A DNA stretch of 64,000 bases from Paragordius varius (Eukaryota; Animalia; Nematomorpha). Below the pieces are notes generated by a model, which saw nothing but the letters and a program-made list of their open reading frames with translations, made no database searches and was not told the origin of the DNA. Position numbers and translations under genes: made by a program. Where the stretch lies: positions 6,758,001-6,822,000 of the forward strand of contig OZ176056.1 of NCBI GenBank assembly GCA_964247055.1. The letters are read 5' to 3'. Each line of letters opens with the position of its first letter. Position 1 is the stretch's first letter. This document shows, piece by piece, positions 40,346 through 55,000 of the stretch.

Positions 40346-43300
40346 TCGGTGATAAATGGACTTTATGTTATTATCTTCATCAATTCATTGTCAGTTTTAT
40401 CATTCGTAAGATCATTAGAATTACAAGCACACATGCATTCTACAGAACATACAACAAAATTTTCAACGACAGTTTTTTATGCCCAATTATATTATTCCCT
40501 AAAAACCATTCTTAAACATCAATGGACATATCATACTGTTTCTATTGATTCTTATATCTCACTACACCACCACTAAGCCAAATTCCTACATGGAAAGCAG
40601 TAATTCTAAAATAAGCTCTCGTAATTTACCAATAAATATGGCGGCATGGAATATACGTGGCAGTTTAGATAACAAATTGGATATAATAGTTCGCGAGATG
40701 AGTTTGTACCATGAGTTAGGGCTGTCGGAGATTCATATGCAACATAACTTACACAAAATATACGACAATTATTCGTTTTATAACTCAGGCGGTGAACTCA
40801 AACGAAATGAATGCGGTTTTTTAATATCGAATTATCTAGCCAAACATACCGATATATATAGACCTATCTCCGATCGAATTATATCCCTACGAATTAACAC
40901 GAGACCCCAGGCTATAACAATATATCAAATCTATGCCCCACGAGTGTCTCATCCGAAGATGAATGCGAAAAGTTCTATAACAGGTTATAAATGGCTCTCT
41001 GTGAAACATCCAAAAAAGACATTACTTTCATCATCGGCGATTTTAACGCTATCATAGCTAACGATAAAACAGACAAGGTCACTGATGGAAAAGGCCTTGG
41101 TAAAGTCAAAAACCCCCGTGGTGAAAGGCTAATTGATTTTTGCCCAACACAATCTCTTTATAGCGAACTCGTTTTTACAGCCTAACAGACGGCTCTACAC
41201 CTGGACCTCACAGTGTCGTAAACACAGGAATCAAATAGATTATATATTGGGAATGCAAAAATACAAAAGCTCATTTTAAAACATCCGGTGATACTCGAGT
41301 GCAGACTGCAACTCAGATCATAACCTATTAATGGCCAAAATCAAAATAAAGCTACAACACAACCGCTAACAAACTTTTCCAAAACTAAATTGAACTACAA
41401 ACTTTTACCTGCCGATTTCACTCCAATCCTTGACAATAAATTTGAATCCTTAAATTACGAAACATTGAACACAGATGACCTTTGGTCAACTATCCACAAA
41501 ATTACACCGAAACAGCCAAAGAAAATATACCCCCTGGCACAACTAATAACTAAAAATTTACCATATCACAGCATCGACTTAATTGAACAGAGAAGAGTAG
41601 CAAAATCCAAGGGCACTCCCCCTGAGTACAAAAATATTAATAATGAACTACAAAAAAGCATAAGATCCGACAAAGAATCTCATTATAATACAATCTACGT
41701 TAACCTAGAGCAAGCTGCTAAACTTAATCACAACTACTTCTCTTACATTAAAGACATTCAACGGCGCAAAAAACAAATGTAGAAGGTCCTAGGTCTCATT
41801 CAAACGGAAAACTTCTAACTGATAAGAAAGAAGTAATTAAACTTTGGGAAGAATGCATCCAAAATTTATTCACAAAACAATCAACTATAATCGCCACGAA
41901 CCTTGAACAAACTTATGACCCACCAATACTAAAAGAAGAAATTGAATGGGCCCTGAGGCACTCATCAACCGGCAAAGCAGAGGGATATAATGACATCCCT
42001 ACAGAGCTACAAAGGCACATTCCCATAAAATTAATTCTTTTATTATTCCAAAAATACTTCAGTGATGCAACATTCCCGGCGGACTGGAACAAATCACTAT
42101 CCCAATATTTAAAAAGGGCGATCCTACCGCACAATAGCATTAATCTATCAAACCTTAAAAATGTTCTTAAAAATAATTCAAAACAGTCAACAAACATATG
42201 TCAACCCGGAAATCTCAATGACGCAAGCAGGCTTTAGAGAAAAAAGATGATGCCGAGACATGATCTCAAACATTAGATGGATAATGGAAAAAAACTGTGA
42301 TTTCCCAAATGAGCTACACCTATGCTTAGTGGATTTCTCTAAAGCCTTCGATACCGTTCAACATGATATTCTCTCGAAGGCCCTTAAACAATTAGGAGTT
42401 TCCGATCACTTAAAACTAATTAAATCCATATACTCCAACTCCTACCTATCACTTAACACCCCGTGGCCCGACCTCTAAGAATCCAATGAACATACAAGGC
42501 TGCATTTTATCCCCCATGTTGTTCAACATATATTTGGAATGTATCATGAAGGATCTTAATCTGCCAGGAATAAAAGTAGGGGGTCACACTCTGACGACTC
42601 TCCACTACGCAGACGACACGATTATCTTAGCAAATTCACAAACAAACCTCGAAAACAGTCTCCGAACTTTTATAAATGTGTGCAAAAAATACAATCTTAC
42701 ATTAAACCTCAACAAAACTAAAATTTTACATATCAACTCCCCTCATTCCTATGACTCGCTTCGGATAAATGGCGAAACAATTCGAGTAGTCAACGAATAC
42801 ACATACCTTGGAAGCATTATGAATAACTCAAGCTCCAGTTCCCAAGAAATAAGAAGACGCATAGCTACCGCCAAATGCGTTCTAGCCTCACACTACAAGA
42901 TATGGAAATCTCATGACATAAACCTAGGGTAAAAATTCAACTAATAAACACATTTCCTATCATGTTATACGGATGTGAAAGCTGGACTATCAAAAGTGAA
43001 GACGAAAAAGAATCAACGCTTTTGAAATGTTTTGCTGGAGAAAAATATTTGGTATAACATGGGAGGACAAAATAAAAAACATCGACATCGTAAATAAAAT
43101 TAACGCACAAACAACGCTTCGGGATAAAATAATAAAACAAAAATTCGGTTACTTTGGACACATTATTCGGGGACATTCTTTGGAAAAGGATATTATGTTA
43201 GGAAAAGTAAATGGCAAGAGAGGAAGAGTCGAAGACGTATTCGCTGAATAGACGAAATCTTATCACTTTCCAAATTGTCACTGCAAAAACTATTTCAAAA

Positions 43301-43385
43301 AGCCCACGACAGAACCGAGTGGACGAAGTTTTCCTACAAAATCGCTAATCGTCGATAACCGACTACAAGCTTAATAACAACAAAG
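40346..43385 (+). mobile_element. Near full-length decayed RTE-type LINE (APE endonuclease plus RT)
   Basis: AAWNIRG, IYQIYAP, IIGDFNA, DFSKAFDTVQH, QGCILSPMLFNIY, LHYADD, YTYLGS and YFGHIIRG. A TAATAACAACAA tail lies at about 43373-43385. Confidence 0.92.
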
Positions 43386-43419
43386 ATATTGTTAAAAAGG
43401 ATAATTTATGGAAAATCAA

Positions 43420-43861
43420 TTTTTATTTTAAATGAATATGATTTTGTTGAGAATGATGATGTAAAAAATGGTTAATAAATGCTTGAATGCGTTGGTTAAA
43501 AGCTTCTATTAAAACTGTAGATAAAAAAACATCTTCAAAAATAATTGGTGCTCCTTTTGGAGGGTAGGCATACCAAGCCTTTCCCACCGCCTTATTTACC
43601 ATATGTTTTCACGAACGAGTAAAAGATACTGTAAAAATTTTATGCTTTTTATTTTATACATATTGTATAATTAATTACATTTTATATAAAACAACTTTCA
43701 ATAGTTTTACAGTTTAAAGTTCTTGTGAACAAAACTATCCGAAAATGTAATCGTCCAAGAAAATAAATAAAGTGTTAAACAGCAATTTAATTTGCTTTTA
43801 ATTAATATACTTTTTTAATAGATTTATATAGAGTCATTTCTGGTACATGGAGAAGATTATG

Positions 43862-43896
<35 letters not shown>

Positions 43897-44127
43897 TGCT
43901 TATGCCCTATATTTATGTATGATCGCTTTATAAGCGTTTGTATTAAATTTCAAGTCAATCACATTAGAATTTAGGTCATTTTGTTGGAAATTAAAAACAC
44001 TTTAGCTATATAAATCAGTAGTTTTCGGTTGAAATAAAATCTTCTAATTAGTGTCTATAAAAAATCTAACCCTTCATGGTTTTGTAGATAATCAGGTAAA
44101 AACTTAACGACTACAAAATAACTTTAA

Positions 44128-44163
<36 letters not shown>

Positions 44164-44595
44164 ATTTACAGTTCAAATTCACTCTTGAACAATTCAAATT
44201 AACCCTTGATTTAAATTCACCCTAAAATAAATAAAGCGTTTTTATGATCAAAAATTACTTTTAAAAAAATAATTTATGGTATCAATATATATTTCATAGT
44301 AATAGTTACATTAGCTCGTATTTTTAGGATGAATTTGAATTATTCGAGGGTGAATGTTAATTGTTTAAGGGTAAATTTAAACTGTAAATGGTATATTAGG
44401 CGTTACAATATAGGAAATATTACATAATATGATTTTATTGTAAAAATATGTGTTAGATAATGATTAAAAATATTTAAACATATAAATTTCTTTATAACAT
44501 AACAAAATTTATTTTTCGTAAAAATGTATTAAATTAAGAAAAGATAGGTAATGTTGCTTTAATCCAACATACTAAATTGATTGAATCTGATAATT
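43420..44595 (-). pseudogene. Possible decayed remnant of the gene-A-like C-terminal third of gene B
   Basis: Short collinear peptides occur in shifting frames: MKTN (A: MATN), FLPDYL (A: SLPQNL), NSNVIDL (A: NENIIRL), YPPKG (A: NPPKL), FKHLLTIFYIIIL (A: FDKHITSMSILI). Stops and frameshifts lie between them. Each match is weak on its own. Confidence 0.4.
44162..44391. mobile_element. MITE of the CCATTTACA-ended family
   Basis: (TA)n|CCATTTACAGTT...AACTGTAAATGG|TA with internal inverted AATTCACCC motifs. Confidence 0.85.
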
Positions 44596-46924
44596 TCAAG
44601 CGTAGTTTCCGCTATATTCGTCTTCATTTGGAGCACAAGGAGTATTATTGACTAGATTGGAAGCGAGCGATTGTAAGAACATTTTTTTTTCATTATAGAA
44701 TTTTCTTAACAAAAAACTGGGCTCTGTAAATAAAAAAATTATAATAAATATTTTAAAAATATAAAAAATGTTCAAGGTCCTACGAGCTAAATATACGGTT
44801 AAAACTACCCTATTACATTTTATCTCATCCATACAATAATATTAAACAATTACATTAATATCTTTAAAGTAAAAGTGAGATCATTTTCTAACTAAAAGAT
44901 ATTAACCATTCAGCTAATGTATAAGGGCAAATTTAATGGAATATATTTTTTCGCGGGCCGCAGAAGAATTGGCTCTCTGGGCGCATGTTGACAGTGCTAT
45001 AAAAGACTAAAATATTAATCATTTAATTTCTTATGGAACATGGGATCGTTCAAATAGAATATTAAAGCTAGGACAAATGTACCTTGACAAGGTGTTAATT
45101 TTATTTTTGTCAATAACGTGTCGGGATAGTTGATGGCCAAACCTTCGATCGCATTTGTAGTGTTGTCTTCATGGTAATTACCAAAAGTATACCATAAATT
45201 ATTGAAAAAACTAACATATTGCATGTTATGAACGATACGTTTCTCTTGATGATATAGATTACGATTTTCTATAATTTCTAATCTGCTAATCCTGGAGTTG
45301 TAACTTAATACAAACTATAAAAGTTTCACAAAAATGTAAAAAAAATATAGGATTATAACACGGAGTGTAGCAATAATGCTCTATTTATGATTTATATATT
45401 ATTTGATAGCTAAAAGTTCCATGATATTGAATATCAATAAATGCATGACAATCTAAAAGTAAATTATTTTTTTTTCTCCTGTTGGCGAAAATCAAAAAAT
45501 CGCATTCTTGTCACACATTAGGTTGAATAAAATAAAGTACAACGAAAAATGCGTTAAAAAAATATATTAATTGATAATATTTAACATATGGTTATTTTCA
45601 AACGCATTTTACATCGATAAAGATTTTACAAATTTTCTGAGAATCCTTAAATGACTTACAATAAATAATGCTATCCAATAAATTTTATGCGGTAAAAACA
45701 TTTTTTATTTTAACTATCATATCGTGTTTCAAAAATGATTTTGGGTATATATAAAAAATTATTTTGTAATTTAGACCAAAGAGGAAGCAGCGTTTAATTT
45801 TAAGCCAACATCCAATATATAATTTAAAATACCATTCCTATACAGTTTGATGGAAAAAACAAGATCTATCGAATCAGTACCTATATTTTTTTATATTTTA
45901 AAAAAATGTTTTTGTTTAATATTTATATATATTAAATATTAATGATAAGTTAAACAAGCCCGAAAACATAAATAATTTTAAGGGTGAGTTGAATTGTTCA
46001 AGGGTGAATATGTATAAGGGTAAATTTGAATTATAAATGGTATTTGAAGGTTTTGTAATAACTCGAGGCTATTAATTACTTTAGTGAATTTATACGAAAA
46101 TTTCTTATTAGAAACTTAAATAATTATTTAACCACGATATATTGAGTTAATTATATTATGGTTAATATATAATTTAAAAAATAATGATTTTTAATGTATA
46201 ATAATTTTTTTTATTTAATGGTAATAGTATCTATGATTTTAACATCATTCTGATGTTTATTAACCTGAAGTTTCTATTTAAGAAAAGATATGATGTTTCA
46301 CGTATATTTTTATTGGTTTAATTTAAAATTTAAGTATTTAAGTATTTAAGTTTCGTTGAATTTCGATTGGTAATTTTTGCCATATAATTTATAACTTGCT
46401 TAACACTTTATTACCTTTTTACATTTTTGTCACAAAAATGCTTATATTTTACAGTTATTTGACTTCTAGAGAAAATTAAACATAAAAACTTGATCGAAAA
46501 GAAGAGCTGATATCAAAATCAAAATATTTTAAGTTTTTGCTGGTAAATCGTTGCCTGAAAGATTTTAAAAGTTAACTTAACAATTTCCACCATAATATAC
46601 ATTTGCCTGTTGCATTCGATTTAAAAAATTATAATAAAATGGCGGCAAAATATTTGTATTAACGATAAGGCTAAAGAAAACAATTTTTAATTTAGATATA
46701 CAGTCATGTATCGTTTATTTTATCATAAATTTATTTTTTCCCTAAATGGGTTTAAATACTGGTAAAGAATGAAAAAAACAAGAGCTCTATGGTAATTCTT
46801 TTACTTTTTGATGAATATAGAACTCTTCTTTTTCCATTCTTTAACAAATATTTATACCCATTTAACGAAAGAAAATAAATTTATGAAAAATAAAGGATAC
46901 ATGACTGACCTTTAATACTTATTA

Positions 46925-46966
<42 letters not shown>

Positions 46967-49042
46967 TATAAATTAAGGGTAAAGCTTCAAAAGGTCATGC
47001 AGTGTTAATACAGATCTATTCTGAAAACGATAAAATTTGAAATGTATAAATTAATACCGATTCTAGATGATTCAAGTTTAAGCGTACTGTTGTATGGTCA
47101 TAAAAGTCATCGTAAGCATTCTGACGATAGTTGTTGAAAAGTAGCATGATTTCTTTTGAGCCTTTACTACCTTGATTTGAAGCGTTGAGTGTGGTGACAT
47201 TTAAGTCATTATATATGAGCGAAACTTTAACATATTGTTTCATTATTGGTTTGTATTGATCATCCACATATATGGCATAAAATATGGGCAATAAAATATA
47301 TTTTGGATCCACTCCAGAAAGATTCGCATGTCTGCCCGTTTTATAACTGAAACTTTCAACATACGTCATATTAAACTTATTATTGTTTTCCATGATTATT
47401 TGAACTAGGGTTTGAATATGAGCACTAGAATACTATAAAATATATAATGAATCAATAAATTGCTGTTTTTCACTCGGTGCAATATTATATGTTTAGTTTT
47501 TGGAATTAATTTTGTCGAAAATAATTAATTTAACACTTTTTTCAAGAAATTATATTTTGTAATTACATATGATAAGAATTTTTTACAATTGGATGATTAC
47601 TATTACACATGACATTATATATTTGGGCAATTTTAGTAAATATGTTGGATTGAAAATTTTTAGACCCATAATAGTTTGTTAAATAGTTATGTAAATCAAT
47701 AAGTACCATTATACCTGATTATAAATTATTGAATTTTGAGAGTGTTGGAAATCACTATCAATTTTATTCATGATATTGTGAAGCTTTTTGGTTAAAATGC
47801 GCATTGCTATTTTGTTTGATTCTATATACATAACATTAATAAAAATAAATAATATACAAGTAAAGAAATAAATCAAACATTAGCTAAACTAAATTTTGTA
47901 TTCGTGAGTGGAGAAGATATATTTTCAATGTAGCAGTTGGTGGGAATCGACCTTAGCAAAACCAACCATAATAAATTTTAGAAACTGCCTTGATACCAGA
48001 AAAAAAGGTTATCTATTTCTTATTATCGCATTTTAGAAAATTATTTAGTGACATACAATTCGTGCAACATATCTCACCAATAAAATTACAATGTGTAAAA
48101 TTTAACCCATTTTAACTAGATCAATACAATATTTTTTTAACATAAACTTTCATATGTATGATAGTCATCCCTTTTCATCTCGATTTCAAGAATTTTGTTG
48201 TCCGGTGATATTGTATCTTCTTTTATATTTATGGTGGTAGGTGCGTTTCCTGAATAAAACGAGCTATATAATTAGTGAAATATAACTTGGCACGGGATAG
48301 GGACGTATAAATTTGACATTTATCTAAGTATCGCATGATTTGACATAATTCTATCGGCACAAATATTACAATGTAAAGGTTAATAAAACATCATAAGATT
48401 ATTTTTAGATTTTTGTGATTAAAAAATAAATATTATTTAAAATTAACTCAATACATTAAAAATATTACACTCATGTATCCTTTATTTTATTTAAATTTAT
48501 TTTTTTGGTTAAATGGGTTGGTAAAGAATGGAAAAATACGAGCTATATTGTATTTCTTATACTTTTTGATGAATATGATATTGTAAATACCATACTCTTG
48601 TTTTTTCCATTCTTTACCAAATATTTTTACACTTATGGTAGAAAAACAAATTTTAAATAAAATAAAGGATACATGACTGTAACTATGCCTTATAGAAATA
48701 TGTATAATTAAACCAAAAACACATAAGTTATTTTTAAGGTGATTTTAAAAAATCAAAGGGGGAAATGAATTGTTTAAGGGTACTTTTAATTGGTTAAATG
48801 AGGTGTGAATGGTATATCAATAATTTTATTTCATTATTTTATAATTTTAAATTTTATTTTATACATTTTGCTTTTTTTTAATGATTATAATGTGTTTAAA
48901 TACTTGTATATTGTATTTAACCATTATGAAGCCATAAAAATTATATGGAAAATAATATTACGATTTTTCTTCTGGTCTTTTATTTCCATACCAGTTATAA
49001 AATTTTTTTTGCTGTTTATTCGTATATTTAAATATTTAATTA

Positions 49043-49090
<48 letters not shown>

Positions 49091-52000
49091 TGTCGAATTG
49101 CAGTAATGTAGGCCTAAAATTATATTGTGTTTGGAGTACCGAGGTTTGACGTGGGACGCAGGATTTACGTTCACGGAAATAACGAAACGATTGCGAAAAT
49201 ATGTTGAATTGACAATAGTACCCGAAAATTTTTGCTCCACATAATTAAACTAACATATATAAAACAAATCTATTATACAGTTTAAAATTTTTTAGCTGTA
49301 CATATTTCTTAAATTTATTTACAATAATGTACTGATATATGAAATCGCCATTTGTAAAATATTAAATAAACAATAAAATTATTTATATATTGTTGTTTTT
49401 GGGTAGAAAAACATTATTACCTCGGATATTTATATTATTGTTTTAGATCTAAACTTTACCAAAAATCAATTCTTAAACTTAATTAAATTAGTTTCTATAT
49501 TTTTTGTTAATTCATGTTTACTTTCTTACTTTTAAAATAAATGGTCACATTAAGTTGATGAAAAAATTATTTTGCATTAACCAATTTTTGTCCATATTTA
49601 TAATATAAGCCCGTCCAACATTTACCTTGAAAAATTTTAAAAAAACAAAACTAAAGAAATTTATAAATATTCTTTTTAAATAATTTTAGAAAAATTATAT
49701 CCTATCTTTAATATGATCATAAATAGAATAGTTTAGAGTAATATAATTTAAAGGTCCAGATGTTTTGGTAATTTTTTTAAATAAGTTTTTTTCCACATTT
49801 TGGCAGCGAAATAATTAGCAAAGTTGGTGATATGAATGGTGGTTATATGTTCGTATATTTTAGTACAATCCAATGATTAAAATTTATTTAAATATTTATC
49901 TAAGATGCTTACACTTGTTTTGAGTTATAGTGCGGCCAAAAAGCCATTTAAGTTGGGTACCCCTGATCTAGAGTTTTAAAAATAAATTTGGAATTGTTCT
50001 GACTGGATTTTTTTTAAATGTTTTTATTTGGACTAATGCCTTCTTACGATGCATATTTTAAGCATGAAAGATTACAAAAAATACAAAAATATTGCCTATG
50101 AGTTATACCGCTATATAATTGGGTCATGGTGTGTCTTAACCCAAAAATGTTGATGCAGGCGGCAAAAAGTTTTTGATGAATACCGATTATTATATATACC
50201 ATTTCCCAGTCTAAATAAACGTTTTCCCAGTCAAACAAAACATTTTCCCAATCAATCGAAACGTTTTCCCAGTCAATCGAAACGTTTTCCCAGTCAATCG
50301 AAACATTTTCCCAGTCAATAAAAACATTTTCCCAATCAATAAAAACGGTTTTATTTTTGATGAGAAATACCACAAGCATATAAAAACAACTTTTAACAAT
50401 TATTAGCGTAATATATGGAGATAATTTTTACTTGACAATTATTGAATGACAATTTTTCCAAGTATATTCCAGTGCACAATCATTAATGACTTATTCTTCA
50501 AATGTTATATTTTTAGAATTTAAGTTAAGATAATATTTTTTATTTTACCGATGGTTCGCATTTATATATGCGGAACGCTTCAAATAGTTTTTAAATACGT
50601 CCGGTTTGTCGATAAAAATACTGTCGTAAAAAATATCTAAACGAAAATATTTTTTGATAAAAATGTTTTTGATTTAAAAATATTATAATAAAAAGGATAT
50701 TTGTTTAAAACAAGGGTGTAACTAAATGCCTTCGCGGGCGCATTTTTAACTCAAAAAGCACACGGTTCCCCATTCAAAATATATACATTCACATAATTTT
50801 TCAATTAATAAGACAGTAAAATACAAACATAATATAACAATTTTTTAATTCATTACCAATTTAATAGATTCATTTATAATAATTTCGTAAGAAATATAAA
50901 TATTAAGATTTTGTAAGCTAATTTTTGCATATGGTTTTACAAATTTTTTGCGGCCCGCACAAAGATACTCGGAAGGCCGCCTTAGGCCCCCACCCAAATG
51001 TTAAATATTATAAAATTAGCGTAAAATTTATGTTTAAGATCCAATATTAAGTGTTAAATGACCTTTGTGATAAAAAAGGTATATTTTTAAAAATTTTATT
51101 AATTCCTCCGTTATAGATTTTTTAAGTTAGCCGCATATATTAATGCGAACCATCGATAAAATAAAAAAAATTATTTTAGCTTAAATTCCAAAATATAAAT
51201 TTAACGAATAAGTCATTAATGATTGTGCACTGGAATATACTAGGAAAAATTGTCATTCAATCATTGTGTTTTTAAATAAAATTATATCCTAATATTACGC
51301 TAATAAGGGTTAAAAGTTGTTTTTATATTCTTGTTTTAATATTTATCATCAAAAATAAAACCGTTTTTATTGACTGGGAAAACGTTTTTATTGATTGGGA
51401 AAATGTTTTTATTGACTGGGAAAATTTTGAATGACTGGGAAAATGTTTCGATTGACTGAGAAAACGTTTCGATTGACTGGGAAAACGTTTCGTTGATTGG
51501 GAAAATGTTTCGATTGAGTGGGAAAACGTTTATTTAGACTGAGAAAAGGTATATTTCAAATGTATTTATTTATATAATAAATAAATACAGTATGCATTAA
51601 ATGTTTGCTTAATTCACAATATAGTATGGCAATTTTTAACACAATAGTATATGGAGAAAAGAAAGGAATTAATTGTTTATTCAATATTTTGTTGTTTTTT
51701 TTATACACTCCTGGGTTGAAAATTGCCCTATTACAGTGTAAAACAAGCAACCAATAAAATGCATACTGTTATTATACATATTTGAGTGAGGCCATATTTA
51801 GTGTGTTGCTTCTTGCCATTACTAAAAACTTGAATTTGCTGCCCGGTTTCACAGATATTTTCAGCTATATTATAGGAAGATAGATATTAATGTAAAATTA
51901 TAAAATGGTAATTTTTATATTATGATGGCAAATTTAGAAACAGACAGATTGGAGTCAAAGCTATTTTGGAATTAAAATTGTAACATCAAGTCTATGGCAT

Positions 52001-55000
52001 TAAATCATATTTTTTAAATATTGGATGCTGTACCATCTGGGAAATGAATAAATTCAATTGATTCTCCCAATATTTTTAAAGTTACCAGTGTTTAATAAGT
52101 CTTTACCGGTTTATTAATCTAAGCAGCTAATTTTGAAGGATTATCATTTATTTATATATATATACTCATGGATTCTACACATTTGCCCATCTTTCAAATA
52201 ATACCGGACAAACTGTTTTTTGCGGCAAATCTTTCGTCAACCCATATTCCAATATCTTTACTGAAGTGCTACTCAGAGTGTATGTGCCCCATTGATGTTA
52301 AGCGGTAATAAACAGATGGCACAAGGTCTGGAGAATACGATGTTTTCTCTTTGATTTAAGTGAGATGAAGGCGTCATTTACAGGTTTTGGGATGTCATCT
52401 GACAAAATCCTTTACGTCTTGAGGATCATTACGATCTTTGATTTAGGCATATCTGAAATTAGCGGTACTCAAACCGCGGCCCACTGGTAGCATGCGTCTC
52501 TAAAAGTACTTTTAAATAGACGTAAATTATATTTGATGTATTTGAGCACATATACCTGCAAATGTGTCAAACCGCTACAATTATTGGCAGTGCACGGCCC
52601 TTGAAAAAAAAAATATTTTTTGCGGCCCTTTATATTTTTTGTGAGTACTACTGGCTTAAATTGTTTTATTAGAGATAGCGTTTTGTATTAGCGGTTTAAG
52701 GTTTCCAGAGTTTTAAATACACAATGCCTCTCGCTCCACCGACATTGAACATAGTGTTTTGCCGAAGCGATTTGGCTTTGTGGAACCGGCTCGTCAAAGT
52801 AAAAGCTACGATTTATTCCGCTTAGGATTCGTAAAATAAAGCCAATGAATTTCTTTCGTTACTTAAAGCAGGATTTCACAAATCATTTTAAAAATTAGAT
52901 TTGACGTTAATTCGAATTGTTTACGACCAATTTACTCAGTTTACTTTCTAATTTTTTTGAAGTCTTCTGCTTGTTTTTATAAACATGTAATTTTTATGCT
53001 CATCGCCGTTAAAAAGTGAAGTAATCAGCCCATATTCTTGCACTTTCTCGTCTTCGAAGCTGTCCTCCCACTCTCTTTATTATTAAAATGAACAAATTTT
53101 GAATCCTGTTTGACATAGTTTAATCGATAGAGCAAGTTTGGCATTTGTTTCACCCAGCAAACGATGTCTTTCTTCAAAGTAATGCGTACAGCAAATGATT
53201 TATTTCAGGCATGAAATTCGATATAATTATAAATTGAAAACGTTGACACTAGTTTTTGGCGGACTCAACTAAGGATTTCATTAATCGGCTGCATACTTTT
53301 ACTGACGTTTTTTAAGTTAAACCGGTAAAGACTTATGACTATATCTGGTAATGATGCATAATATAAGATAGTCGATATCTGGAAGTTTTGATTGCAATAT
53401 CAAATGGAACTATCCCTATTCTATCAAAGTGTTTAGGGAACGTATTCACCAAAGGTGAAACTAAATTGCCTTCTAATTAACCGTCAATTTTTGTATCAAT
53501 ATTAACATAGTATAAAGTTTAAAGGGCTGAATCAGTTTGGCTGATATTCTGAGAGTGTGCAAAACTCTTTTACAAAAACTGCTGTTAAGGGCTGGTTAAA
53601 TCTGTTTTTTATTTGAAATACATTCGAAGATCTTCTTATACACACGTGATCTCAAACGTCATATTTTTATATTCATAAATTATGTCAACAATTTTTGGAC
53701 AGCATAAAAATGCAAAAAGACATCTTTTGTACGAAAAAAAATAAATTAAGTGAACCATTCCCACAAAAGTATACGGTATAAAGTACATGAGTTCACACTA
53801 CTTTAAACGTAGGCCAAAGGCTATTATCTCACGTTTTCTAAAATTAAAATTAATATTAATAATATTATAATTATTAATCTAAAATTTCAAATTTACCGAT
53901 TTGAGATAATTAAATAATTAAACTGTAACAAATCAAATATAAATAAATAAATATAAAAATAGTTATGGCAAACGAGTAAATTCACCAATCAAGTCAGTCA
54001 AAAATATCAAGCGATTTTTCATAACCAAAATTTAAAAAATTTATATTAAACAAAAATAAATAAAAAATGATCGTTTGTTTATTAAAGGGTTCGACTTTAC
54101 ACGTAGTTTTATAATCAATTTATAATTTAAATACGTCGCTTTGGGCTCGGATAAATTTGATCGGTATTAATGGTTGAAGCAGGTGCATAAATGTGGTAAC
54201 ATCGGTTAAATTATTGATAAAATCGTCGGAATATATTTTATGGGACTCATACAAAAATGTAATATTTTGAATGGGAAATTCTACGCTCAAAACTTGATTC
54301 TTTAATTGAACATTATTATTTATATTATTTTTGGAGGTATTACCGTTGCCATTAGTATAATTTGGGTCAATAAATATTATTGGAGAGTTCCATCTAACAA
54401 ACAAACAATAAATCATACCCTTTACAGCTCAAATTCACCCTTAAACAATTAAATATTCCTTCTGACATTTATTTTCACCCTTAAGCAATTCAAATTTACC
54501 CTAAAATAAATTATATGATTTCGAATATTAAAAACTACATATTTTTTTTATATTTTTAAAGAGGATATTTTTGATTAATTAACATAATACTAAAAAATCA
54601 TACACTATGCCATAAGAAGTAATTCATATTAATGATAAGTTATATTAGCCCGTGAAAACAACTTATTTTTAGGGTGAATTTGGTTTAAGGGTAAATATGA
54701 ATTGTTGGAGGGTGAATTAAATTCAAAGTGAATTTGAAGTGTAAATATTATATAAGGTTAAATACTTTTTTGAAAAATTAAATATTAAGAAAATCCAAAA
54801 ATTATAATTGCATAAAATACGTATTCCGATGAATGCTGTATTTCTCGGATCCCAGCAAATCTTGTATCGTATATTTAGGATTTGTGGAAAAATAGTTCAT
54901 AAGGCACATGACTTCGGCTATGTTACATATATACAGTTGCATTTAGTGATTTGATAAAATTGGTATCATCCAAATGTTATAATAGAGTATACATTTTATT

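Noticed and set aside
36990-43385. Twin-priming 5' inversion of a single LINE
   Set aside because: Both halves contain endonuclease and RT and differ in sequence, so they are two elements.
48805-49149. 114-aa plus-strand hydrophobic ORF
   Set aside because: AT-rich low-complexity sequence plus a (TA)n run, antisense to B exon 5.
50044-50379. ORF with DWENVSI heptad repeats
   Set aside because: Translation of the 21-bp repeats in a foldback TIR; the inverted copy lies at about 51360-51545.
53340-53480. Candidate extra exon in gene B (SPLVNTFPKHFDRIG...)
   Set aside because: Wrong phase, ends in a stop, and is not needed for the A/B alignment.
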